Source of the DNA: Eubacteriales bacterium | GTDB lineage: Bacteria > Bacillota > Clostridia > Oscillospirales > CAG-272 | Reading direction: 5' to 3' | DNA: 64,000 nucleotides | Assembly: GCA_045128515.1 (NCBI GenBank) | Contig: JBGVRO010000027.1 | Location: 1,148-65,147, forward strand | Part shown: in pieces, positions 51,069 to 60,669 of the stretch | Numbering within the stretch: position 1 is the stretch's first letter | How the letters are laid out: every line of letters begins with the position of its first letter | Program-made: the position numbers and the translations under genes | Notes under the pieces: model-generated | The model's database searches: none | Told to the model about the DNA's origin: nothing | What the model saw: the letters and a program-made list of their open reading frames with translations, nothing else

Positions 51069-52697
51069 ATGAGTAAAAACGTTAACGTAAAAAATAGACT
51101 TGTAAGATCTGCAGTGGCGGCGCTTCTTCTTGCTGTTATTCTTTGCACTACTCTTATCACTACCTCCTGCGCAGGTAAGTTCGATTATATTAAGACAGAT
51201 CTTCAGGATTATATTGAATTTACCGAAAGCTATAAGGATTTTAAGATCAACGTTGATATTGCAAAGCCTCATGACATAGACGTTGAGGTATCTATTATCA
51301 ACATGCTTTACGATGATAGAGAGAAGGACCCCCGTTACAACGGTGCGACAGTTACATCTCCCGTAACACTTACCGTCGGTGACGTTGTTGACATCTGGTA
51401 CCGCGGTTATATTAAGGATGAGAACGGCGAGGAGATCTTCGTTGACGGTATGTGTAACTTCAGCGAAAAAACTCCTGCGTCTCTTGCCCTTGGATCTAAC
51501 GGATTTGTTCCCGGATTTGAGCTTAACCTTATTGGCAAGAATACCGGTGACATGCCTAAGTTTGAGAAGATCACAAATGGTGCTATCACCGAAGATATGA
51601 TAGTATACGTAAGCTACTCCTCTACCAAGGGTACAGATACGAGCACAAAGACCACTAAGAGTGGTGTAAGAATTGATCTCTCCGGTGACGTTGATACCGT
51701 ATACGGCGCGGGTGTTAAGGACAAGATCCTTGGCATGAATATTGGTGATTCGCTTGACTTTACCGCAAATATTGGTGACGCAAGCTACACCTACACCGAT
51801 TTTACAGTTTCCTTCGCAACTACCTGTGAGAAAAATCCTGTGGTAATCGAGTGCTATTTCCCCTATGACTACTCTATGGCTACTCTCCGCAATGAGACAG
51901 CATACTTTGAGGTTTACTCGGAGGGCGTTGTAGTTTACGATTGTCCCGAGTTTACCGATGAATATCTTCAGAAGAAGATCGAGGACGGCGAGCTTAACGT
52001 TACACTTGACAAGCTTAATGAGTATGAGGGTAACAGCCTTACCGATAAGTACCGTGACTTTGCAAAAAAGACTATGTACGAGCTCTACGAGTCCACGTAT
52101 GACTCTAAGGTAGAGGCAGCGGTATGGGAGTATCTTATCAAGATATCCAAGGCTAATAAGTATCCCAAGAAGGAGGTCGAGAAGATCTACGACGATTACG
52201 TAGCAGACCTTTCCGCTCAGTTCCTTGCAAACGGTGGAGTTATTACCAATAATTACGGTCAGTCCCAGACGTACGAGACCTTTGACGCTTATCTTCAGGC
52301 TTACTTCGGTCTATCAAGCAAACAAAGCTGGAAGGATGTTGTTTATGCCGAGTGTGAGGGATACGTAAAGGAGAGACTCGTTCTCTTCTATATTCTCAAA
52401 GCCGAGAATCTTCTTCCTTCTGACGAGGAGTTTAAGGCCGAGTATGATAAGATCGTTAAGCAGTATCATGATGAGTCTATAGCACAGTATCTTGAATATG
52501 CAGGTAAGACTAAGGATGATTACACCGAGGAGGAGTATAAGATCGTTGAGGAAAATTGCCTTGATCTTGTGTTCTCAAACTTCGATGAGGATTATTTCGA
52601 GCTTAGAGTTTACTACAGCACCTTTGCCAAGGCTGCAATCACCTGGCCCGAGGTAAGCACTCTTGATGACAGACGTGCGTATCCTTTGGATAAATAA
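51069..52697 (+). CDS. Lipoprotein with FKBP-type PPIase and trigger-factor C-like domains
   Basis: Lipobox ITTS-C; GDVVDI.Y.G, LGSNGFVPGFE..LIG, FPYDY...LRN..AYFEV and VWEYL.......KYP motifs. Confidence 0.75.
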   Translation: MSKNVNVKNRLVRSAVAALLLAVILCTTLITTSCAGKFDYIKTDLQDYIEFTESYKDFKINVDIAKPHDIDVEVSIINMLYDDREKDPRYNGATVTSPVTLTVGDVVDIWYRGYIKDENGEEIFVDGMCNFSEKTPASLALGSNGFVPGFELNLIGKNTGDMPKFEKITNGAITEDMIVYVSYSSTKGTDTSTKTTKSGVRIDLSGDVDTVYGAGVKDKILGMNIGDSLDFTANIGDASYTYTDFTVSFATTCEKNPVVIECYFPYDYSMATLRNETAYFEVYSEGVVVYDCPEFTDEYLQKKIEDGELNVTLDKLNEYEGNSLTDKYRDFAKKTMYELYESTYDSKVEAAVWEYLIKISKANKYPKKEVEKIYDDYVADLSAQFLANGGVITNNYGQSQTYETFDAYLQAYFGLSSKQSWKDVVYAECEGYVKERLVLFYILKAENLLPSDEEFKAEYDKIVKQYHDESIAQYLEYAGKTKDDYTEEEYKIVEENCLDLVFSNFDEDYFELRVYYSTFAKAAITWPEVSTLDDRRAYPLDK

Positions 52698-52707
52698 TAA
52701 AATATAA

Positions 52708-52773
52708 TAAAAAACGAAGGGTGACTTATGAACCGAATCTAGGTTCACGGAGGTCAATCCCTTCGTTTTTTTA
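52708..52773. terminator. Bidirectional terminator
   Basis: AAAAAACGAAGGG...CCCTTCGTTTTTTT. Confidence 0.75.
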
Positions 52774-52780
52774 TTATGAA

Positions 52781-54538
52781 TTACTTATCTCGCTTCCAAA
52801 CTCTGAGCATACTCTGCTTATGGTACTGTCTGGGGTCGGAGAAGCCCTGCTCGTATGCCTTCTTATAGTAGCGAAGGGCGATCTTTCTATCTGGGGCGGT
52901 AGTGATACCGAACTCGTAAAGACAACCGATAGAGTAGGTTGCGTCGCCAAGGCCAAGCTTCATGCACAATTCAAGCATATCAATAGCGGTGGAGTACTTT
53001 CTGTTGTAATACAGCTCCATTGCGGTAGAGTAGAGCGAACGGATCATATGTCGCTTTTTGTTCTCATAAATGCGATAAAGCTCCTTGTCAGCCGACTGTG
53101 AGCCCATTTCTCTTGCAATAGAAAGCAGCTCTGACGCCTTCTTGAAGTCAAAGTTGACACCGATTCCTCTGGCGTAGCATCTTCCGAGGCTTTCGATAGC
53201 GCGCTTGTCACCTGCATCATATGCAAGCTTGTAGTGGGTATACGCCGCCTTGCGGTTGACCTTCGTTCCGATTCCGCGCTCATAATACCAACCGATTCTT
53301 GCGTGGGCGGGGAGATATCCAAGCTCAACGGATTTCTTGAAAAGCTTAAATGCCTCGTCGGGTGAGCTTCTCTCAATTCTTGTTGCCTCGACGTAGCATC
53401 TCTCGCGCTCCTCGTGCATCATTTTTAACTTTCTTTGGCAGCCGTAGTTACCCTTGGATGCTCCCTTTTCGTAGAGCGAGAGGGCGAGGGCATAATCGGG
53501 CTCGGTCATCTCACCGTTATAGAAAATGTCACCGAGGCTTTCGCACTCGTCGTCACCGCCAAGTCGGGCAGCAAGTTTGTAATAGTAGGTGGCGAGGTAC
53601 TCGTCGCGCTCGGTAAATTCACCCTTTGAATAGAGGTCACCAAGGCACTTCGCTCCAACAACAGATCCGCCCTCGGCAGCTTTCTCAAGCATAGCAATAC
53701 CGCGCTCAACGTTCTGTGTGAACTCAATTCCCTCGATATGTAACAGGGCAAGGAAGATATTGGCATCTGCGCCACCCTCCTCTGCATAGGTGTTAGCTAA
53801 TTTAAGGAGTATGGTGTTGTATCCAAACTTTTTTGCCGCGGCAATAAGCCTCTCGATTATCTTCTTTTTGTCGGCAAAGGTGGTTTCCTTTGGCTGAACC
53901 GAAGCTCCTGCCACAGCCTGCAATCTTCTCTGCAGCTTGATAGCGTGAAGAGGAGCGCGTTCAATACGCTCAATATACCACTTTGCCATTTTCTCATTCT
54001 GCTCAACACCGTCACCGTACAAATGTCTGCGTGCCATTTCAATAATGGCATCGGTGTTACCCTCTGCCGCCATAATCGAGCAGTAGTATGCAGCGGTGGT
54101 TCTTTCTTTATATCCCGTGTACATTGCAAATGCATCGGGATATGCTTCCTTGCAACCCATTATTGCCGCAAAGGCAAGCCAGAAGTCGCTGAGAGTCTGC
54201 TTTCCAACTACAAGTCGGGAGTATTTGTATGCTGAAACGGCATCCCCCTTCATTGCTGCAGAGTAGAAATAATGCATCGCCATTTCAAGATCTCTGGGGA
54301 GCAAAAGTCCTCTTTCGAGAATAAGACCAAGCTCGCGCTCACCGTCCACAGAGCCTGCGGCGGCTAAGAATTTATATATTTCTACGGCGTGCAGAAAATC
54401 ATTTCTGAAAATCAGCTCCTCTGCCTCGGACATCAGCATTTCATTCTCGCCCTCGGCAAGAATAGGGGCTGCGCCACACTTCGGGCATTTAACCTGATAT
54501 TTCGGATTTTCCTTTCCGCATTCCTTACATCTGATCAT
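52781..54538 (-). CDS. Sel1-like repeat protein with N-terminal zinc ribbon
   Basis: CKECG...CPKCG; repeated LG..Y..G.G...D...A..YY..A units. Confidence 0.88.
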   Translation of the reverse strand: MIRCKECGKENPKYQVKCPKCGAAPILAEGENEMLMSEAEELIFRNDFLHAVEIYKFLAAAGSVDGERELGLILERGLLLPRDLEMAMHYFYSAAMKGDAVSAYKYSRLVVGKQTLSDFWLAFAAIMGCKEAYPDAFAMYTGYKERTTAAYYCSIMAAEGNTDAIIEMARRHLYGDGVEQNEKMAKWYIERIERAPLHAIKLQRRLQAVAGASVQPKETTFADKKKIIERLIAAAKKFGYNTILLKLANTYAEEGGADANIFLALLHIEGIEFTQNVERGIAMLEKAAEGGSVVGAKCLGDLYSKGEFTERDEYLATYYYKLAARLGGDDECESLGDIFYNGEMTEPDYALALSLYEKGASKGNYGCQRKLKMMHEERERCYVEATRIERSSPDEAFKLFKKSVELGYLPAHARIGWYYERGIGTKVNRKAAYTHYKLAYDAGDKRAIESLGRCYARGIGVNFDFKKASELLSIAREMGSQSADKELYRIYENKKRHMIRSLYSTAMELYYNRKYSTAIDMLELCMKLGLGDATYSIGCLYEFGITTAPDRKIALRYYKKAYEQGFSDPRQYHKQSMLRVWKRDK

Positions 54539-54670
54539 TACGTATTCCTTTCGGTATAAATATTTACAATTTCACATCTTAATTTTACAACAATATTAAT
54601 GTTTTGTCAATGATATAAATAATTTTTTATTATGCGGTAAAAATATATTTAACTCTAATAAAGGAGAAAA

Positions 54671-54856
54671 ATGATGTTTAGTAACAAAAAAGGACAAATA
54701 ATGCGACATCCTTACGCCACTCTTGCTATTATTGGACTTGCGGCGATGGGTGCTATGAGCATCGGTGAGAAGGTGAAGAGCTTTTGTTCGGGCAAGACAA
54801 AATGCCTCTCGGGTATGATGCATAGCATGAAAAAAGATGTAATGCAAATGGATTGA
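54671..54856 (+). CDS. Small hypothetical protein (61 aa)
   Basis: Strong RBS AAGGAG; one hydrophobic segment; followed by a terminator-like hairpin at about 54877-54912. Confidence 0.6.
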   Translation: MMFSNKKGQIMRHPYATLAIIGLAAMGAMSIGEKVKSFCSGKTKCLSGMMHSMKKDVMQMD

Positions 54857-54968
54857 TTTCAAAAAACAAAAAGGTTCGGGCTGCCACGAAATAATCGTAG
54901 CAGCCCCTTTTTATGTAAAAATGTAAATTAAAGGTAACAGAATTGAGTATATTGAGACTTAGTATGTT

Positions 54969-55727
54969 TTATATTTTGGTAGTTCCAAAATCAGTGAATA
55001 TGACAGTAGATTCGCAATCCATAGGAATTCCGTTAGAATATACAGTGCAGGTATACACAAGCTCCTTCGGCTTGCCGTTCTCAAATCTTAAGGTCGCACT
55101 TTTTGCATTGCCGACGTTCTGAATCTTCATTGTGCCTGTAAGATTATATATCTTTTTTTCTCTGTCGTACTCAAATTCGCTGTACTGAAGCATTTTCTGT
55201 ATAGACTCAATCATAGCCTTCTTTGTAGCTTGTGCCTGCAGTCCGCTTGCAGTTTCGGTTGATGTAGAGCCTGCTGCTGTGACGGATACACGAACCTCGG
55301 TTTCGGTGAATTTATATACGGCTGTTGTCGTTACTTGAATGCCGGAGTATTGTACGATCGCACTCTCGTGGTATGTAAAGTTATTAAAGTTTTCTTCGGA
55401 GAATGCCTCGTTCCACTCGGTCCAGCTAAGACCTGTAAAAATAACAGGACGGTTGTCCTTGTAATTACATACAGAGCAGGTGCGGGTATTTACTCCGTCG
55501 GCTTCCTGTGTAGGCTTAACTGTTATTTCACTAGCACCGTATGTATGCTCTGCTTTATCACAAAGCTTATCACAGTTTTCGTTCAGACAGGCATGCCAAT
55601 GATGTGTGCTGTCAGATGTCCACTCGTCGGAATAATCGCAGATAATATGTAGAAAACAGGATGAGAGTGTGAATAGACTTGTTAATAAAATGAAAGCAAC
55701 TAATAATAAGGATATATACTTTTTCAT
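54969..55727 (-). CDS. Hypothetical lipoprotein with Cys/His-rich module
   Basis: RBS AGGAG; lipobox TLSS-C; W..D..HHWHAC...C...HTY...RTCSVC. Confidence 0.75.
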   Translation of the reverse strand: MKKYISLLLVAFILLTSLFTLSSCFLHIICDYSDEWTSDSTHHWHACLNENCDKLCDKAEHTYGASEITVKPTQEADGVNTRTCSVCNYKDNRPVIFTGLSWTEWNEAFSEENFNNFTYHESAIVQYSGIQVTTTAVYKFTETEVRVSVTAAGSTSTETASGLQAQATKKAMIESIQKMLQYSEFEYDREKKIYNLTGTMKIQNVGNAKSATLRFENGKPKELVYTCTVYSNGIPMDCESTVIFTDFGTTKI

Positions 55728-55810
55728 CTTAATTCTCCTTTGCGGATTTTTGAAGCACATTGCTCCTCTGTCTCATTATATCATTTTAATTAGCGAATGT
55801 CAACAAACTT

Positions 55811-57985
55811 TTATAAGTGCAAAACTCGATCCTTTATCTCACTTGTTCTGCCTTGATTCCAATACTGCGTGCCGATATAACCGCAGGTTCGTCTGGCAAC
55901 GTTCATCTTCGATTGGTCGCGACACTTACAGTTAGGACATTCCCAGACAAGCTTGCCGCCTTCCTCTACCACTCTGATCTCACCGTCAAAGCCGCACTCC
56001 TGACAGTAGTCGCTCTTGGTATTCAGCTCGGCATACATAATGTGGTCGTAAATATAGCGCATTACGTCAAGCACAGCCTCGATGTTATTCTGCATATCGG
56101 GAACCTCAACGTAGGATATTGCGCCACCGGGGGAGAGTGCCTGGAACTTTGCTTCAAGCGAAAGCTTTTCAAATGCATCGATCTCCTCAGTTACGTGAAC
56201 GTGATAGGAGTTTGTGATGTAGCTTCTGTCTGTTATGCCCTCAATAATACCAAAGCGGCTTTGCAGACACTTGGCAAATTTATAGGTGGTGCTTTCAAGG
56301 GGTGTGCCGTAGAGAGAGTAATCAATATTCTCGGCAGCCTTCCATTTTGCGGTATAGGAGTTGAGCATATTCATTATTTCTATGCCAAGCGTTTCGCCCT
56401 CGGGCTCGGTAAGCTTTTTTCCCGATAGCGCAAGCACGCATTCCCAGAGTCCGGCATAGCCGAGAGAAAGGGTAGAATAACCACCGTAAAGATAATCGTC
56501 GATCTTCTCGCCCGATTTGAGTCTTGTCAGCGCACCGTATTGCCAGAGGATGGGTGCGGCATCCGACCTTGTGCCGAGAAGTCTTTCGTGTCGGCAAAGA
56601 AGTGCGCGATGGCACAGCTCCATTCTTTCGTCAAATATCTGTCTGAATCTTTCCATATCACCCTCGGCAGACAGACCGATGTCAACGAGGTTTACCGTTA
56701 CAACACCCTGATTAAATCTGCCGTAGTATTTGGGCTTACCGTCCTTGTCAACGTAAGGTGTAAGGAAAGAACGGCAGCCCATACAGGTGTAGCAATGTCC
56801 CTCTCCGTTTTTGTCGATCTTGTTCTTTAACATTATCTTCTCGGAGATATAGTCGGGTACCATACGCTTTGCGGTGCATTTCGCTGCAAGACGGGTAAGT
56901 GAATAGTATTTGGACTCGGGGTGAATATTATCCTCCTCAAGCACGTAGATAAGCTTGGGGAATGCAGGTGTGATCCACACACCCTTCTCGTTTTTAACAC
57001 CCTGAATGCGCTGCTTTAATACCTCTTCAATGATAAGAGCAAGGTCAGCTTTGGTCTGCTCGTCCTTCGCCTCACCGAGATACATAAATACAGTGATAAA
57101 CGGAGCCTGTCCATTGGTGGTAAGCAGGGTAACTACCTGATACTGTATGCACTGAACGCCGCGATTGATCTCCTCGCGCAGACGAAGCTCGGAAACCTTT
57201 TCTATTTGCTTCTCATCGCACTCAATTCCCGCCTCGTTGAATTCGGAGATGACCCTTGTGCGGATCTTCTTTCTGCTTATATCAACAAAGGGCGCAAGGT
57301 GAGTCAGGCTGATCGACTGACCGCCATACTGATTTGAGGCAACCTGTGCAATGATCTGTGTGGCAATGTTGCAGGCTGTGGCAAAGCTCTTTGGCTTCTC
57401 AATAAGAGTACCGCTGATAACTGTTCCGTTCTGTAGCATATCCTCGAGGTTTACAAGGTCGCAGTTGTGCATATGCTGTGCAAAATAGTCGGCATCATGG
57501 AAGTGAATAATACCGTCCTCATGCGCCTTTACTATATCCTGCGGAAGGAGGATTCTGCTGGTCAGATCCTTTGACACCTCACCTGCCATATAGTCGCGCT
57601 GAATGCTGTTTACGGTGGGATTTTTATTAGAGTTTTCCTGCTTTATATCCTCGTTCGAGCATTCGATAAGCGACATAATGCGATCGTCTGTGGTGTTGGA
57701 CTTACGCACAAGCTCACGGGTGTAGCGATAGGTTATGTAGGTCTTGGCGAGGGTGAATGCACCAATAGACATTATCTCCTTCTCAACCATGTCCTGTATT
57801 TCCTCAACGCTTGTAGCTCGGCTAAGCTCCTCGCACCTCTCGGTAACTCGGTCGGTTATAAGCTGGATCTGTTGATCTGTGATACGGTGTATCGGCTCAA
57901 CAGCCCCATTAGCCTTGCTGATGGCGGCATATATTTTGCTGCTGTCAAAAACTGCCTCTGAGCCGTTTCTTTTAATTATTTTCAT
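55811..57985 (-). CDS. nrdD: Anaerobic (class III) ribonucleoside-triphosphate reductase
   Basis: ATP cone (IIKRNG), HNCDL, MGCRSFL, Zn site CQEC/CPNC and glycyl radical motif RTCGYI. Confidence 0.97.
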   Translation of the reverse strand: MKIIKRNGSEAVFDSSKIYAAISKANGAVEPIHRITDQQIQLITDRVTERCEELSRATSVEEIQDMVEKEIMSIGAFTLAKTYITYRYTRELVRKSNTTDDRIMSLIECSNEDIKQENSNKNPTVNSIQRDYMAGEVSKDLTSRILLPQDIVKAHEDGIIHFHDADYFAQHMHNCDLVNLEDMLQNGTVISGTLIEKPKSFATACNIATQIIAQVASNQYGGQSISLTHLAPFVDISRKKIRTRVISEFNEAGIECDEKQIEKVSELRLREEINRGVQCIQYQVVTLLTTNGQAPFITVFMYLGEAKDEQTKADLALIIEEVLKQRIQGVKNEKGVWITPAFPKLIYVLEEDNIHPESKYYSLTRLAAKCTAKRMVPDYISEKIMLKNKIDKNGEGHCYTCMGCRSFLTPYVDKDGKPKYYGRFNQGVVTVNLVDIGLSAEGDMERFRQIFDERMELCHRALLCRHERLLGTRSDAAPILWQYGALTRLKSGEKIDDYLYGGYSTLSLGYAGLWECVLALSGKKLTEPEGETLGIEIMNMLNSYTAKWKAAENIDYSLYGTPLESTTYKFAKCLQSRFGIIEGITDRSYITNSYHVHVTEEIDAFEKLSLEAKFQALSPGGAISYVEVPDMQNNIEAVLDVMRYIYDHIMYAELNTKSDYCQECGFDGEIRVVEEGGKLVWECPNCKCRDQSKMNVARRTCGYIGTQYWNQGRTSEIKDRVLHL

Positions 57986-58020
57986 AAGGCATATTTCCTT
58001 TGTTTTTCTTTAGTGAATAT

Positions 58021-58114
58021 ATTATATAATACAACTCATATTATGTCAATGAGAATTTCTCAAAAGGAGCGTAATTTTAAACAACTTGACATATTGTGTC
58101 AAATATGGTATAAT
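58021..58114. promoter_or_regulatory. Overlapping divergent promoters of nrdD and the DegV gene
   Basis: Minus: TTGACA-17-TATAAT (58049-58021) and TTGACA-17-TAAAAT (58102-58074). Plus: TTGACA-17-TATAAT (58086-58114). Confidence 0.7.
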
Positions 58115-58151
58115 TATCGAGTAAATTCTCTTTGAGGAGGAATTATTTTTT

Positions 58152-58985
58152 ATGAATTTTAAGATTGTAACAGATTCATCTGCTGACCTTAGAGAGCTCT
58201 CCGACATTCCCTTTGAAAGCATTCCGCTTAAGATCATTACCGACGAGAGGGAGTATGTGGATAGCAGTGACCTTGACGTTAACGGCATGCTTGCCGATTT
58301 GAAAAAGTACAGTGGCAGATCTCACACGTCCTGCCCCAGCTCCGGCGAATATATGCAGGCATTCGGCGACTGTGAGAACATCTTCTGCATTACCATTACA
58401 AGCAACCTTTCAGGTAGCTGCAATGCGGCAAACGTTGCTGCAAGAGCTTATCTTGAGGAGCATCCCGAGGGCAGGATACACGTTATTGACAGCCTTTCTA
58501 CAGGCCCTGAGAATGCACTTGTAATTGAGAAGCTTCGCGATCTTATCCTTGCAGGCGGTGATTTTGAGAGCATTAAAACCGAGATCTCCGATTATAACCT
58601 TAATCACACAAGACTCATTTTCGCCCTTGAATCTATGCGTAACCTTGCCAACAACGGTAGAGTCAGTCCTATCGTCGCCAAGATGGCAGGTCTTTTGGGT
58701 ATTCGTGCTATCGGTCGTGCAAGCGACGTTGGTACTCTTGAGATGATCTGCAAGTCTCGCGGCCCTCTCAATGCCGCAAACGATATTCTTTCGAATATGA
58801 TCGGTGACGGATATAAGGGTGGCAGAGTAAAGCTTCATCACGCGAACAATGTGGCATCTGCTGAGCTGCTTAAGACCAAGATCCTTGAAAAGTTCCCCGA
58901 GGCTGAAATTGATATTGCTCCCGCAGGCGGACTTTGTTCCTTCTATGCAGAGCAGGGCGGACTTCTCGTAGGCTTTGAAATTTAA
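58152..58985 (+). CDS. DegV family fatty-acid-binding protein
   Basis: IVTDSSAD, TSCPS, TSNLSGS, IDSLS and NL..NGR motifs. Confidence 0.93.
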   Translation: MNFKIVTDSSADLRELSDIPFESIPLKIITDEREYVDSSDLDVNGMLADLKKYSGRSHTSCPSSGEYMQAFGDCENIFCITITSNLSGSCNAANVAARAYLEEHPEGRIHVIDSLSTGPENALVIEKLRDLILAGGDFESIKTEISDYNLNHTRLIFALESMRNLANNGRVSPIVAKMAGLLGIRAIGRASDVGTLEMICKSRGPLNAANDILSNMIGDGYKGGRVKLHHANNVASAELLKTKILEKFPEAEIDIAPAGGLCSFYAEQGGLLVGFEI

Positions 58986-59008
58986 TATTTGACTATATTT
59001 GTTTACAT

Positions 59009-59043
59009 AATGTCGGGTTTTACATCAAATACCCGACATTTTT
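59009..59043 (+). terminator. Rho-independent terminator
   Basis: AATGTCGGGT...ACCCGACATTTTT. Confidence 0.75.
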
Positions 59044-59130
59044 CTTTTCTTAAAATATTTTTTATTTTGTTGTTGATTTTTTCTTAAGTTTGTGATACAA
59101 TATTCGGAGATTTCAACGTAAGAGGTAAAA

Positions 59131-60534
59131 ATGAATTTTAAGAAGGTATTAAAGAGCTTTATCGGTGACAGGGCCTTTTATAAGGGCGTGCTTGCTATCA
59201 CCGTTCCTATGATCATTCAGAACACCGTTACAAACCTTGTAAACCTGCTTGATAACCTTATGGTAAGCTGGGTTGGTACAGAGCAGATGTCGGGTGTTTC
59301 TATCGTTAACCAATTTATTTTCGTATTTAACCTTGCTGTTTTCGGCGCGATTTCCGGTGCAGGAATATTTACCGCACAGTTTAACGGCAGAGGTGATACC
59401 GACGGCGTACGCAACACTATGCGTATCAAGCTTGTTCTTTGCGTTATCATTGGTGTTATCGGTGTTTGTGTACTCGGCTTCTTCGAGGATGGACTTATTA
59501 ACAACTTTCTTCACGAGGGCACAGGAGAACAGGCACTTGATCTTGAGCTTGTATTCTCATCGGCAAAGGAGTATGCCGCTTATATCCTTATCGGTCTTAT
59601 TCCTTTTGCACTGTCACAGGCATATGCATCTACGCTTCGTGAGACGGGTCAAACCGTTGTGCCTATGGTCGCCAGCACTGTTTCTATCGTAACCAACCTT
59701 ACTTTAAATGCAATACTTATTTTTGGTCTTTTGGGCTGTCCTGCAATGGGGGTGGCAGGTGCTGCTATGGCAACTGCGATCTCCAGATTTATCGAGCTTG
59801 CGATTCTCGTTATCTGGGCCCATAAGAATACCGAAAAGTGCCCGTTTATCGTCGGAATTTTCACGCATTTCCACGTTCCTCGCGCTCTCATAAAGCAGGT
59901 TATTATTAAGGGAACACCTATTCTTGCCAACGAGTTGTTCTGGTCGCTGTCTATTACAACGATCAATATGTGCTACTCCACACGCGGAACCGACGTTATT
60001 ACCGCAATGAATATTTCCTTCAACCTGCAGAATCTGCTCAGCGTTGCATATTTTGCTCTCAGCTCCTCTATCGCCATTATCGTAGGTAATCTGCTTGGCG
60101 CAGGAAAGCTTGAAGAGGCGAAGGATACCGACAGAAAGCTTCTTGCATTCTCGGTCTTTATGGGTATGATAATGATGGGAGTGCAGATCGCCCTCTCGCC
60201 TATATTCCCCAGATTCTATACCGACGTTCAGTCCGTAATCGAGCTTGCCACCTATAATATGATTTGCTTCGGACTTACGATGCCCGCGGCTGCTCTTGCA
60301 ACCTCAACCTACTATACCATCAGATCGGGCGGACGCGTGTTTATCACGATGCTGTTCGACAGCGTTTACGCTTGGGTAATAGTTATTCCTGCGGTGGCAG
60401 GTTTTGCATATTTTACCGACATACCCTTCCGTCTGCTTTTGCCCATCATTCTCGTGGTGGAAAACCTTAAGCTTGTTCCCGGACTTATTCTCGTAAATAA
60501 GGGGATTTGGTTAAGACAGATAAAAGTGGAGTGA
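59131..60534 (+). CDS. MATE family efflux transporter
   Basis: About 12 TM; P..IQN.....VNLLDNLMV, AQF.G and MGVAGAA.AT motifs. Confidence 0.92.
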   Translation: MNFKKVLKSFIGDRAFYKGVLAITVPMIIQNTVTNLVNLLDNLMVSWVGTEQMSGVSIVNQFIFVFNLAVFGAISGAGIFTAQFNGRGDTDGVRNTMRIKLVLCVIIGVIGVCVLGFFEDGLINNFLHEGTGEQALDLELVFSSAKEYAAYILIGLIPFALSQAYASTLRETGQTVVPMVASTVSIVTNLTLNAILIFGLLGCPAMGVAGAAMATAISRFIELAILVIWAHKNTEKCPFIVGIFTHFHVPRALIKQVIIKGTPILANELFWSLSITTINMCYSTRGTDVITAMNISFNLQNLLSVAYFALSSSIAIIVGNLLGAGKLEEAKDTDRKLLAFSVFMGMIMMGVQIALSPIFPRFYTDVQSVIELATYNMICFGLTMPAAALATSTYYTIRSGGRVFITMLFDSVYAWVIVIPAVAGFAYFTDIPFRLLLPIILVVENLKLVPGLILVNKGIWLRQIKVE

Positions 60535-60542
60535 AATTTTTT

Positions 60543-60575
60543 AAGAAAAACGGAGCTTTTTGCTCCGTTTTTCTT
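60543..60575 (+). terminator. Rho-independent terminator
   Basis: AAGAAAAACGGAGC-TTTTT-GCTCCGTTTTTCTT. Confidence 0.8.
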
Positions 60576-60669
60576 CGTTTTTTGGAAAATATTTTATAAA
60601 AATACTTTTTTTGTTCATTATTTTAGTGTATAATGGTCGTGATTGATTTTTTAAAAGAAGGAAAAAAAC

